DNA of 64,000 bases from Octopus vulgaris (Eukaryota), in contig OX597827.1 in NCBI GenBank assembly GCA_951406725.2, positions 76,322,001 through 76,386,000 on the forward strand. The letters are read 5' to 3'. Shown here one piece after another: positions 24,976 to 38,961 of the stretch. The notes below the pieces were generated by a model. That model made no database searches. It saw only the letters and a program-made list of their open reading frames with translations, and was not told the origin of the DNA. A program made the translations under genes and the position numbers. The stretch's first letter is position 1. Each line of letters begins with the position of its first letter.

Positions 24976-25084
24976 ATAAACCAAATGCTGCTAAGCATTC
25001 TTGTTCAATACGCTAATGATTTTGTCAGGCGGCCACCATATTGTTTCAAATAATGATATCAAACATGGATAACTTTCGAGTGAC

Positions 25085-26150
25085 AAACTGGCAGCAGAGT
25101 TAGCACGCTGGGGTAAAATGCCTAGAGGCATTTCTTCCAATTTTATGTTCCCAGTTCAAATTCTGCCGAGTTGACTCTGACTTTTATCCTTTTAGGGTCA
25201 ATAAAATAAGTACCAGTTGAACTCTAGGGTCAATGTAATTGACTTACCCCCTTCCTGCCCTGAAATTATTGGCCTTGGGCTGAAATTTGAAACCAATATT
25301 GAATATTCATTAATTGTCGAGATATTTTGATATCTTAAAAAAATTTATGTTGGTCTTCGAGATTTCCTACTGAATCCAGTCAGAGGATTTTTATCAGGAC
25401 TGGTGTGTGATAGATTTTAGGTTGTGGTTAAAAGAAACATTCCTTTCCAATTTTAGCACAAGGCCAGCAATTTTAGGGGAGGTGTTAAGTCGATTATTTT
25501 GAGTCCCCATTCAACTGGTTCTTAGTTTATCAACTCTAAAAGACCTTGGCAGAATTTGAATTAAGAATGAAAGGACAGACGAAATACCTATTTCTTTACT
25601 GCCCACAAGGGGCTAAACACAGAGGGGACAAACAAGGACAGACAAATGGATTAAGTCAATTACATCGACCCCAGTGCATAACTGGTACTTATATAATTGA
25701 CCCCGAAAGGATAAAAAGCAAAGTCGACCTTGGTGGAATTTGAACTCAGAATGTAATAGCCGACGAAATATGGCTACGCATTTTGCCTGGCATGTTAATG
25801 ATTCTGCCAGCTCGCCGCTGGCGATGAAATATCATTTAGCATTTTTCCCAGTATACTAATGATTTTGTCAGTTCACCGCATTATAGGGACTTCAAATTTT
25901 GGCTCAAGGCCAGCAGTTTTGAGGTAACAGGTAAATCAATTATCTTGGCTCCAGTGCTCAATTGGTACTTAGTTTATCGTTCCTAAAAGAACGAAAAAGG
26001 ATGTCAACCTTGGTAGAATTTGAACTCAGAATGTGAAGATTGACAAAATGCTGCCAAGCATTTTGCCTGGAGTGCTAACCGTTCAGCCAGCTCACTGCCT
26101 TAAATAAATTTCAAATCTTGGCACAAGGCCAGCTTTTTCAGGGAAGCAGG
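25085..26150. mobile_element. Cluster of Nin-like SINE copies
   Basis: Repeated GAATTTGAACTCAGAA, AAGGCCAGCAATTT and AACTGGTACTTA modules. Confidence 0.75.
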
Positions 26151-27279
26151 TAATTCAATTGTGGTGTTTGTGGTGTTATGGGCTGTGATGAGCTATGTGG
26201 TGTTGGTGGAGGGGATTGCAGATGAGGTAGACGGAAGTGAAGACTGAAGGGGCCTGTGGCACAGTCACGGGGCATGCGTGGGCAGGAAGCATGTGTAGTC
26301 AGTGCGAGCAAAGACGTGTTTATTTCTTGAGAGTGACCGTTGATTCCGCCAAGGTCAACAGGTAAGGCCCTTTGTATTTCTTTCTCCTGGACTGGAGATA
26401 CGTAAAAAGCACTATCCGAATCGTGGCCAATGCCAGCGCCGCCTCAACTGGCTTCTGTGCCGGTGGCACGTAAAATGTACCAATCCGACCGTGGCCGATG
26501 CCAGCCTCGCCTGGCACCAGTGCAGGTGGCACGTAAAAAGCACCCACTACACTCACGGAGTGGTTGGCGTTAGGAAGCGCATCCAGCTGTAGAAACATTG
26601 CCAGATAAGACCAGAGCCTGGTGCAGCCTTCTGGCTTCCCAGACCCTGGTCGAACTGTCCAACCCATGCTAGCATGGAGAATGGATGTTAAACGATGATG
26701 ATGATGATGATGTTTGCTTCTTTCTCTGTTGTCCTTTTCTTCCATCATGCTACATCAATTACATCGACCACGGTGCTCAATTGATCCTTAGTTTATCCGA
26801 AAGGATGAGAGACGGAGTCAACCATGGGCAAATTTGAACTCAGGATGTGAAGATATGAAGATGGGCGAAATATCGCTAAGCATTTCACCCAGCTTGCAAA
26901 GAATTTTGCCTGCTCACTGCTTTATATTCAAGAAAAGAAAAGAAACAGGCAGGTTATAATGTTACATTGTTCATTAAGGAGTGACTCTGAAATTAATATA
27001 CAAGATTAACGTAAGTGCAATTAAGATTAATGAATTATAATTGTAGGGCGGGTGTTTGGGAGTGGAACCACGTTTAATATTAGAAGTGGAAATGTTATTA
27101 ATATGTGCAGAAAGCTAAAAATTAATTTCTAATGGCAAAAGATTATTAAAATTTCTAAATTATAATCAAATGTTAATTATATCTTTATTAATTATTAATG
27201 TTTAATTATTAGAAATATGTATGTTATTAACAGAAAGAAATATAAAAGTAGATTCCTAATAATAAATATGGTGGCTTTA

Positions 27280-27670
27280 ATACACACACACATGCACATA
27301 TACTTACATAACACACACACATGCACACATACTTACACAACACACACACATGCACACATACTTACACAACTCATACAAACATGCATGCACATATGTAACA
27401 CACATGCACACCCATACACATACACATGCGCAACACACACACATGCACACATACAACACACGCATACACAGAACACCCACACATAACATGCACATGCATA
27501 CTGACAATACACACACACATACAACATGCACACACACATGCACACAGCACACACACACATGCACATAGACAACACATACTTACATAACACATGCACACAC
27601 ATGCACATAGACAACACATACACATATCAAACACATGCAAACACACACACACAACAAGCACACACACACA
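27280..27670. repeat. CA-rich compound microsatellite
   Basis: Read directly. Confidence 0.95.
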
Positions 27671-28083
27671 TCTTCATGCTCATGACGATTGCCTCATCTG
27701 GTCAGATGATAACAGACTCCCATCCATCCAGATTTTTCTGGTTTACTTTCATCCTTGCATGAGCAGGGATATCACTTTCCAGGCCATCACCACACATCCA
27801 CCAGAAAAGGACTTTAGAGAAAGGAAATTGGATCAAGAAACGAAACAATGGTGGGACATCAGTGCATCACTGGATTTTGGTGAAAAAAAAAAAATCTTCT
27901 AAAACATATTTGCCACACTCTTGGCCACAATTATAAGATCCAGGGACCAGCATAGCAAGGAGAGTAGAAATACTTTGACTGCAAGTTTTACATAAGGAAA
28001 TCTTTATCCTAGAAGAGCTGCCTTCAGCACAGATTTATGGAAAATAATGAGAGACACTTCCACCTTTGGGAAATCTATTTTAC

Positions 28084-28530
28084 CCGTAGATGAGACTGTG
28101 ATGTAACAATTCTGTGCCTGACAATTTAGCAGGAGACCATGCAGCACATAGACAATTCTCTATGCACTGAATGATCTAATGAGGAATTGTCTATGTGCTT
28201 AATATGTCTATGTGCTGAATTGCATATTCACTGAATTATATCGTGCTGAATTGTCTATGCACAGAATAGTCTCTGCCCTGAATTGTCTCACGCTGCATTG
28301 TCTAATTGCTGATTTGTCAATGCAGTGAAATGTCCCTGTGTTGAAGTTTCTATGCACTGAATTTATCTCATGCCAAATTGTTCAACTGCTGAATTTTGTA
28401 TGTGCTGAATTGTCTATGCACTGAATTCACAATTTTCTGAATTGTGTAAGTGCTGAATTGGCTATGTGTGAAATTGTCTATGCACTGAAATGTCTCTATC
28501 TAAATTGTCTATGTGCTTTATTGTCTATTA
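28084..28530. repeat. 15-16 bp degenerate array (GCTGAATTGTCTATGT) with inverted units at the left
   Basis: About 20 units at 28180-28530; inverted GACAATT units at 28105-28160. Confidence 0.8.
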
Positions 28531-28962
28531 CTCCAGCAATTGCTATTTTACTCTCGTTCTGGTCTAACGACCCTCCATGTTTGATTTCCTTTGGTTTCCC
28601 TGTATGTCTCCACTGTCCTGTTTTAGTTCCCTACTTTGACCCTTCATAAATCCAAAATTTTATTTTGGTATGTATTGGAGCAACTGTCTTTGAAGACTCA
28701 TATTGTCATTCAATGCTCAAAATGAGGAGTTGAAGACAGCCGACAACTGATGAAGGGTCGTTCTTTGTGTTGTTTGTCCTGTTTTCCATTATTTTTCTCT
28801 TGTTGTTTGCGTATTTAGCTCATGACGTCCTGTACCCATGTATGCATATGTGTGTGTGTATGTATGTATATATACACACACACAGATATGTATATTATTT
28901 ATATTATTATTCAGTTGAACGCTACGCATCCATTTCCAAGTAAGTATACATTTGTTTGTATG

Positions 28963-29073
<111 letters not shown>

Positions 29074-29217
29074 TATATAGACATATATGTATATAATTTA
29101 GAGAAAAACCTCTATTAAGCAATTCAATATTGAAAGACGTTATTCACACCATATAGAAAAATAAATATACTATAAAAAACATTATTCTAAAAATCAATAT
29201 AGTGCATGAACAATAAA

Positions 29218-29255
<38 letters not shown>

Positions 29256-29276
29256 TATATATGTATACATATATAG

Positions 29277-29307
<31 letters not shown>

Positions 29308-31024
29308 CATATATGCAAACACTAATATTCATTTTATGTTGCTCCAGTCCACTCAACTGTAAACGAGTTCCAGCAAAAGCTGGGAAGTGAACCCTGCAAT
29401 GGACTGGCATCCCATCCAGTGTGTGTGTGGGGCAGTATTGTAATCTCAGTCACTTATACAATGTGGAAACTGGGTTAATCTCCAAGCTTATAAAACCTGG
29501 GGATCAGGACTGACTTAAGCATTAAGTTTATGTTGCATGTGTGTGTGTGCGTGTTTCTGTGTGTGTGTGTACACATGTGTGTAAAGATATTTCTTTAATA
29601 GAGTAAGGAATATTTTGCTACATGTCTAACCTCCATTTACAACGTCCTTCAGCTAAACCCCACTAGTAACAGGTGTAGCTCTCTTAGTTACACTAGTTCC
29701 TAGTGTAGTTACCGTATTTAAACTAGTAACTATTACAGTTTAGTGGAAGATGAAATGGCAGATTGTATCTCTTTGTCTTTCAGTTGTTCTAGTTCAGAGT
29801 TTAGCTTCTATTTCCTCCATATTTTATTTTATTTTGGAATCCATTTTCTTAATTTAATGTTTCTCTGTATTTCCTTCTTTTATAAAGACTTACATGCCAC
29901 CTCTGTTATAATCATTGATGTGTATTTAGTAACCTTTAAAACACACCACTGACATGTCATCACTTACACATTTTGTCCGTTATGTCTTGTCCAGTTAAAC
30001 CAAAATAAAACTCCCTTCTCTCATTAATCTTTTATTAACGATGGAGTAATGTTCTCTTCCTACACCTCATAATTATCATTTTATTAAAAAAAATTTTGCA
30101 TTCCCCTAAGTTAAATTGCATTCTAAACTTGACTTAACCCTTTGGCATTCAAACTAACCACATCAGGTCCATATATTCTACCTGTTTTGTTTCCAAACTG
30201 ACCATACCTAACATACATTATGTCATTCTAAAAGTGAACAATCTCATCATTGAGATCTCAAGGCTACAAGGTAGAACATGATTAATTTAAAACAATTTGA
30301 ATGAATAAACATTACACCTGAACAGGTAATCTGAATGCTAAAGGTCAAATCAAAAGAAACAGTAGTCTTAAATTTTGGTACAAGGCCAGCAGATTTAGGG
30401 GAGCAGTCAGTTACATTGACCCCAGTTCTTAACTGATATTTATATTATTGACCCCCACAAAAGGATGAAAAGCAAAGTCAACCCAAACAGCATTTCAAAT
30501 CAGAACATAATGAATCTGAAAAAATACCGCAAAGTATTTTTTTCCAATCTTCTAACAATTTTACCTTAATTACAAGAAATGATAAAGCTGATATTTTTCA
30601 TAACATCTCTAATAGTTTGATGATGCCATTGTTCTTCCATACTTTTAGGTCATTCCTGACATTTAACACCAACAGCTTTTTAACTTCTCCACACATTTGT
30701 CTGAATATGTCAATGTATTTGGACATCTTCTCCTCTCTTTTACCCTTTTACTTGTTTCAGTCATTTGACTACGGCCATTCTGGAGCACTGCCTTTAAGAA
30801 TCATCTAGTCAAAGATTTTGACCCAAGTTCTTTTTTTTTTAAGCTTGGTACTTATTCTATCGGTCCCTTTTGGCAAACCACTAAGTTATAGGGATATAAA
30901 CATACCAACATCAGTTGTCAAGAGATGGTGGTGGTGGTGGGGGACAAACATAAACACAAAAACGCACACACACATAAATACATACATCTATAAATATATA
31001 TTTATTTATATATATATGTATTTA

Positions 31025-31071
<47 letters not shown>

Positions 31072-31072
<1 letters not shown>

Positions 31073-31200
31073 AAGAGTTTACGAAAAAAACAAAAGACGA
31101 AGACAGGTGGTGTACAAAACAAACAGATGTATTAGTATAACGCTCAGGAATAGAAAAAGTCTTTTACGTTTCGAGCCTATGCTCTTCTACAGAAAGGGAC
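31072..31200 (-). mobile_element. Penelope-like terminal fragment in (TA)n carrying a hammerhead-like motif
   Basis: Near-identical to 44715-44842. Minus strand CTTT-CTGTAGA-A-GAGC-ATAG-GCTC-GAAA-CGT-A-AAAG. Confidence 0.65.
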
Positions 31201-31201
31201 A

Positions 31202-31270
<69 letters not shown>

Positions 31271-31566
31271 GTTTATGAAGTTGTGTTGCAAGGTTCATGA
31301 TGTGAAGTCGTGTGTTGAAACAGATATTGTATTTCAGGATGATCATTTTTATTTTTGGCAACAAAAATGACTATCCCAAAATACAACAATATATATACAA
31401 TGGGCTTCTTTCAGTTTCCATCTACCATTTCCACTTACAAGGCTTTGGTCAGTCTGAAGCTATGGTAGAAGACATTTGCCCAAGGTACCACACAATGGGA
31501 CTGGACCCGGAACCATGTGGTTGGGAAGCAAGCTTCTTACTACACAGTCAGACCTGTGCCTTTTTA

Positions 31567-31610
<44 letters not shown>

Positions 31611-31751
31611 CAAGGAAGGTTTATTTGTGTATTGGGAAATAATTTACTTGTTGCATCAATAAGAAAGGTGTTTATGCAATACAATTAATGGAAACATTCA
31701 GATGAAGCAGTGTAACATGACATGTACAGAAAGTTTTCATCAGAAGCTCAA

Positions 31752-32150
31752 CGTAGGAGTGGCTGTGTGGTAAGTAGCTTGCTTACCAACCACATGGTTC
31801 TAGGTTCAGTCCCACTGCGTGGCACCTTGGGCAAGTGTCTTCTACTATAGCCTTGGGCCGACCAAAGCCTTTTGAGTGGATTTGGTAGACGGAAACTGAA
31901 AGAAGCCCATCGTATATATGTATATATATGTGTGTGTGTTTGTGTATCTGTGTTTCTAACCCCCAACATTGCTTGACAACTGATGCTGGTGTGTTTATGT
32001 CCCCGTAACTTAGCGTTTCGGCAAAAGAGACCGATAGAATAAGTACTAGGCTTACAAAGAATAAGTCCTGGGGTCGATTTGTTCGACTAAAGGTGGTGCT
32101 CCAACATGGCTGCAGTCAAATGACTGAAACAAGTAAAAGAGTAAAAAGAG
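31752..32150 (+). mobile_element. tRNA-head CORE-like SINE
   Basis: Full-length copy. Confidence 0.85.
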
Positions 32151-32735
32151 TATTTGGACTAATATTTACATTCAGGTGCTGTGGTGTGTCTTCTTCTTCA
32201 ATCAGTCCAGGTTGAGTATATAGCTATGTAAACAGCTATTTGGAGAGTATACACCAACTCAACCTGAGATGCTTTGAATTTTTGGTGTTTAATTTGGTTG
32301 GTTTTTGTAGATCTTGTTCGTGGAAGGTTTTAGTCAGAGCCCCAAGCTATCATGTGAACAGTGGCCAATTACTGCATAGAATGTTGGTCGAGCACATGAT
32401 TGAATTGCAATTTCTATGTGGCAAAATGCGTCATTGAGTACAATGCTATATATATATGTGTGTGTATGTGCATGTGCGCACACATGCACAGACACATACA
32501 CACCCACATGGACACACACACACACACACACTCACCCCCCACACACACACATGCACACACACCCACACACATACACACCCACACCTACACACTCACACAG
32601 ACATGCATATGCACCCAAACATGCACACACAGACACACGAGTGATTCCTTGCAGTTTCCATTAGCCAGATTCACTCAATTGACAAGTCTTGGGAATCATC
32701 ATCATCATCATCATCATCATGATTCCCAGCTTGGG

Positions 32736-32766
<31 letters not shown>

Positions 32767-32987
32767 GTTTAGCGTCCGTCTTCCATGCTAGCATGGGTTG
32801 GACGGGTCAACTGGGGTCTGTGAAGCTGGAAGGCTTCGTCAGGCCCAGTCAGAATATAGTATAGAATACTTGCTCAAGGTGCTGTGAAGTGGATTTGAAC
32901 CTGAAGCCAAAATGATTGGGAAGCCATCTTCTTAACCACACAGCCTTGCTTTTGCCATTGCAAATATATTTTCAGTGAGAGTTTGAT

Positions 32988-33213
32988 TTAACCCCTTAAG
33001 TCCCAAATACTTAAATTTCTGAATATTACTTTTAAATTTTTAAAGATGATTGAAAATAGGTTAAAATGAAAAAAATAATTATTAAATCTCCTTTACTTCA
33101 AGTAGAAATGGAAATACTTGGTGTCCTGTAAATAGGACACTGAGGCAATGTGATATAGCTTATTTAATGTTCACATTTAGTGTCCTATTTATAGGACAGT
33201 GGGACTTAATGGG
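32988..33213. mobile_element. piggyBac-like MITE (CCCATTAAGTCCCA family)
   Basis: Inverted homolog of 63390-63623; TTAA retained at the left end. Confidence 0.8.
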
Positions 33214-33329
33214 CACTGTTTTCTTTTTATAACAGCCTTGTGTCCATTGGTATTGAAACAGTTAATATGGTTGGTCTCAGATAGTTTGACACTGAGAAAA
33301 AAAAATCATAGAAACTACAAGAGAGTGCT

Positions 33330-33510
33330 TTAAATGGTATCATGAAAGCCTGGCTGGAAGCCCAACCATCTGAGTTCTTTTACAGGACTTAGAAAACTGA
33401 AGGACCGCTGAAATAAATGCATGAATCTGAGAGGGGAATATGTTGAATAAAATCATAATTAACTGATCCACCTGTATTTTCTTTTATCAAAAACCAGGAA
33501 CTTTCTCATA
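33330..33510 (+). mobile_element. Mariner 3' fragment
   Basis: Translation KAWLEAQPSEF..GLRKLKDR*NKCMNLRGEYVE*. Confidence 0.75.
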
Positions 33511-34175
33511 ATTATATTTCCTAATCTTTAATGAGATCCAGTGGATTGCAAACCAATTAAAACATTGTTATGGACCTCTTGGTGTTCGGAAGGTTATCTA
33601 GTCATAGAAAACCATGCCAAGTCAGACTGGAATGTAGTGCAGTCCTCCAGCAAGCCAGCCTGGTCAAACTGTCCAACCCATGCCAGCATGGACAACGGAC
33701 AGTAAATGATGATGATGATTATTTAAACATTGTTTGAAGTATAAAGTGAAGTATGTAACCAATTGATTTATGGTATCAAAACCGATTCCGCATTCTTCTT
33801 TAATTCTAGCTACCTCACAATGGCTAAATTTCATCTTTGAGCGTTGATCCTGAGAATCTTGGGAATGAGACGTGCATACACATAGGTGAAGGCATGACTG
33901 CTTCCCAACCGTTTAGTCACAGGTTCAGTTCCATAGCATGGCACCTTAGACAATGGTCATCTACTATAGCCCTTAGCTGACCAAAGCTTTGTGAATGGAT
34001 TTGGTAGACAGAAACTGTATGGAAGCTTGTTGTATACATACATACATACGTGTATATATATATATATATAAAATGATAAACATTGCCCTTTTCAAGCCTA
34101 GCCAGGCTCATGGGCCCAGTTTCCCAGTTTCTGTAGCGTATGTGCTCTCCCCAGCTGGATGGGACGCCAGTCCAT

Positions 34176-34338
<163 letters not shown>

Positions 34339-34593
34339 TCATCATCATTTAGCGTCCGCTTTCCATGCTAGCATGGGTTGGACGGTTCAACTGGGGTCTG
34401 TGAAGCTGGAAGGCTTCGTCAGGCCCAGTCAGATCTGGCAGTGTTTCTATGGCTGGATGCCCTTCCTAACGCCAACCACTCTGTGAGTGTAGTGGGTGCT
34501 TTTTACGTGCCACCCGCACAGGTGCCAGACGAGGCTGGCAAACGGCCATGAACGGATGGTGCTTTTACGTGCCACCGACACGGGGGCCAGACA

Positions 34594-34635
<42 letters not shown>

Positions 34636-34723
34636 TAATAATAAAATATTAGGGAATAAATCCAAACTTACAGGGAAAAATCAGATTTAGGATTAAATCC
34701 AATTTTATAGTAAAATATTATAT

Positions 34724-34880
34724 TATAATAAATTAGAGATAAAACCACTATTAGGCAAATCATACAATGAAAAACATAAGCCAATACATAAAATTAATTA
34801 ATTTATATTATTTTAAATATATATCAAAAGCTTATGATTTTCACTGTTTGATTTGCCTAATAGTGGTTTTATCTCTAATT

Positions 34881-34887
<7 letters not shown>
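34724..34887. repeat. Inverted repeat with arms of about 58 bp, in a (TA)n-embedded element
   Basis: 34724-34781 is the reverse complement of 34830-34887 with few mismatches. Confidence 0.9.
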
Positions 34888-34921
<34 letters not shown>

Positions 34922-35237
34922 ATATGGGTGGCTAGTTTGCAATTTTACAACCTAAAGGTAGAAATATATACATCTGTAAAGTGATGAAGGACACTGTTCA
35001 GCACCAATATCGCTAGAAATAAGAGTTAAAACAACTCAATAGCCACAGAAAGCACTGTCTTAATGATTAGCAAGGGAGACCATCTCCCTACGGTCAATAG
35101 CCAGATCATTGATGATTCCACATTTTGATGCTTAATGCATCTTAATGCTCATCTTTGGCTCTCACAGTGCCTGGAGTGAAGCTCTGCTTGCCTTCTCATC
35201 TTATAAGATTTCCGTTGAAATCATACATTAATTTCAT

Positions 35238-35655
35238 AGGCGCAGGAGTGGCTGTGTGGTAAGTAGCTTGCTTACCAACCACATGGTTCCGGGTTCAGTC
35301 CCACTGCGTGGCATCTTGGGCAAGTGTCTTCTGCTATAGCCTTGGGCCGACCAATGCCTTGTGAGTGGATTTGGTAGATGGAAACTGAAAGAAGCCTGTC
35401 GTATATATGTATATATATGTATGTGTGTGTATATGTTTGTGTGTCTGTGTTTGTTCCCCTAGCATTGCTTGACAACCGATGCTGGTGTGTTTACGTCCCT
35501 GTCACTTAGCGGTTCTGCAAAAGAGACCGATAGAATAAGTACTAGGCTTACAAAGAATAAGTCCCGGGGTCGATTTGCTCGACTAAAGGCGGTGCTCCAG
35601 CATGGCCGCAGTCAAATGACTGAAACAAGTAAAAGAAAAGAAAAGAAAGTAAAAG
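35238..35655 (+). mobile_element. tRNA-head CORE-like SINE (reference copy)
   Basis: A box TGGCTGTGTGG, B box GGTTCAGTCCC, CORE-like CTTGGGCAAGTGTCTT, internal TA/TG microsatellite, A-rich tail. Confidence 0.88.
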
Positions 35656-38600
35656 TGAAAATTATAGATAATATGGTTGGCCAATTTGCAATTTTATAAC
35701 CTAAAGGCAGAAATATATAAAGTGACAGAAGGCACTAACCAGCACCAGTAATGCTAGAAATAAGAGTCAAAATGGTTCAATACCAACAAACGCACTATCT
35801 TTATGAGCTGACAAGGGAGATAAGCTCCCTGCTTGTTTCATTCATTAAACTGTGGCCATGCTGTAGCACTGCCTTGAAAAGTTTTTAGCTGAATGAATTG
35901 GCTTCAGTACTTTTTTTTAAAGTCTGGTACTCATTCTATTGTTCTCTTTTGCCAAACTGCTAAGTTATGGAGACATAAACACACCAATACTGATTGTTAA
36001 GTGGCGGTGGGAGACAAACACAGACACAAAAACACACACAAGCACATACACACATCCTGGGCTTCTTTCATTTTTCATCTACCACATCCACTCACAAGGG
36101 TCTGGTCAGCCTGAGGCTATAATAGAAGACACTTGCTCAAGGTGCCACAGTGTGGGACCGAACCTGAAACCCTGTGGTTGGAAAGCCAGTTTCAAACATT
36201 ATCGATATCACACACTTAATGTATGAGATACTGAGCTGCTTCTGACGCAAAATTCAAATTTTGCTTTATATATGATGATGGTGATCATGATCATCATCAT
36301 GATCATCATCTTCATCATGATCATTGAGAAAAATTATGTTGGTGTGTTTATTGACTGACTGTTCACTAAACATAGTATCTTATACCTTAAACAGATACAG
36401 CCAGTCTATGTCAGGTTGGCTAAGAAAGTATGTCCCATAACTTAGGTGTTCAACAAAAGAGATGCATAGAGTAGGTAAGTCTTGGGGTCAATTTGCTTGA
36501 CAAAAGACAATGCTCCAGCATGACCACAGTCAAATGACTGAAACAAGTAAAAGAAGTTGTTTAGATTGTTTTAGCCATCATGGCTAAGGCTATGCTGGAG
36601 TACTGCTTTCTAAACTCAGTCAAAAGATAATAAATAAAGTTTAAACAAATATCAACATATAAATATTATATTTAAAGGATAAATTGATTCCTAGAATAAA
36701 TTCTGAACAATGATAACTTACTTTATCTGAGATCCCGTTGAAAACTTTAAAGTAGTAGCTATGTTAGTGCTAATGTATTTACTGAAGTGTGGATCAAATG
36801 TCTAAATTCAATGACTGATGCTGTTTTAACCAAATTGGTGTGTGTGTGTGTGAATGTGTACATGCAAAACAACTCTGAACAAACTTATGTGGGATCAGAT
36901 TTTCTCAGTGAAGTTACAGACTTCAGTTTACTTGCTAAAGCATCAGCACCACCAACAACAACAACAATAACATTATCACCAACCCAGCCACTGTCACAAC
37001 CTCCCTGTACCCATCATCACAATCTCCCCACGTACACCAACACCCTCCACCATCTCATCATATTTATGTCTGCTTTCCATGCTGGCATGGGTTGGAGAAC
37101 CATATCATGTTGTCTCAATTTTCAAATTGACTTTCTATGGTGTGATGTCCCTCCCTCACATCCACCACTTTACACAAAGCACTGGATGCCTTTTTTTTCT
37201 GTTTTTAGGACATACTTTCTTAGCCAACCTGACATAGACTGGTTGTATCTGTTTAAGGTATAAGATACTGTGTTTGGTGAAAGGTCAGTCAATAAAGCAG
37301 CCATAGATAATAAAATTCTATAGAAACCACTTCCTTTTTCACTTCAATAAAACTATTGCTCATGTCGTCTTTTTATTATTTATAAATGAGAAATTTTACC
37401 CTATTTTTCCTGCTTTTGAATTCAGACAGAATGCAAACACACAAACACACACATATGCACGCACTCACACAGGTGTATACACACTTGTTTTTTGCATTTT
37501 ATTAAGAATCCAAAAGCACTACTTATATTCATTCCTCATTACTTTTTGGGTCAAACACTTGCTGGAATACTAGTTGTATTTTTGTTACTTATAACAAAAA
37601 AAAATTATTTGTCATATATGTATATAGTAAGTAGAAAACAGGTATGGTATTCAAAGCTTTACAGGACATACACATATTTCACCAACATTCCGAAATAATT
37701 ATAGAACATGTAGAAATATTATTCAGTCATGCACCTCACCTCATCAGTATCTTACCATAAATGCAGCAATCTATGTTGAAACTCCAAATATATAATCTTT
37801 TCCCTGCTATGCAAAGGATGAAAATATCGCAGGTCAGATAAATAACTGATAAAGTACCACATCATGCATGTCTAAACCATCCCAAGCCCCTCTCATATTT
37901 TGGTTTCAAAAGGGACATAGCACTGTTCAGACTTGCTTGATATTTGCTATTTTTGGGACTTGCCAGTCTTGCTTAATAGGGAAATGTGTATATATCTGGA
38001 GTTTCAAAATACATTTTTGTATTTATGGCAGGACACTGATGAAGTGCTATTCATGATTGCATAATGTTTCTACTTATGCTATTATTTCAGCACGTTGCCA
38101 AAACACGTGTATGTCCTACAAATCTTTGAATACCACAATTGTTTTCTGCCTATTATTTTTTCTATCATTTGGCTTGTACTCTGCACTTGAGTCTATCCCA
38201 AGTTTGGTGTCCAATGTGGAGTGGATTGTGGAGCCCATTACTGAGCTTGAGTTTGGTCATGTGTCACACTTTACTATGCCTCCATTTTTTTTTCGACATG
38301 TATCATCATCATCAACAATCAATGGATGCCTTCCATGCTGGCATGAGTTGGATGGTTTGGCAGGGGCTGGCTAGACAGAAGACTGCACCAAGCTTCAGTG
38401 TCTATTTTGGCATGATTTGTACAGTTGGATGCCCTTCCTATCAACAACCACCCCACAGAGTGGACTAAAGTTGTGGGATCCAAAATGATCATGGTACAGA
38501 CAGTTGGTTAACCTCAAGCATAGACAAAGCTTGTATAGATAACGCTAAGTAGAAGATACGTAAGAAGATCAATAAAACCTGTTAATCAATGCTTTGCAGT

Positions 38601-38961
38601 GCACTTCATCTCATATTGAATTAGATAGAAATTCTGATAAGATGACCACCACTATACAATTTCAGTATATAGCAACCCATTGATGTATACATACATACAT
38701 ATATATCATCATCATCATCGTTTAATGTCCGTTTTCCATGCTAGCATGGGTTGGACAGTACATATTTATATATATATACACACACATATATATATTCTGC
38801 TGAGTGGTTGATGCTAGGAAGGGCATCAAGCTGTAAAAATCAGTCACAGAAGTCTGGGTCAGGCTTCAGCCTGGCCAGCTCTTGTGAAACTGTCTCACCC
38901 ATGCTAGCAGGCAGATGTTAAATAATGATGATGATACACACGCACACACACACATATATAT

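Noticed and set aside
28740-28800. CTGATGA in a repeat-like fragment
   Set aside because: No stem II or GAAA follows.
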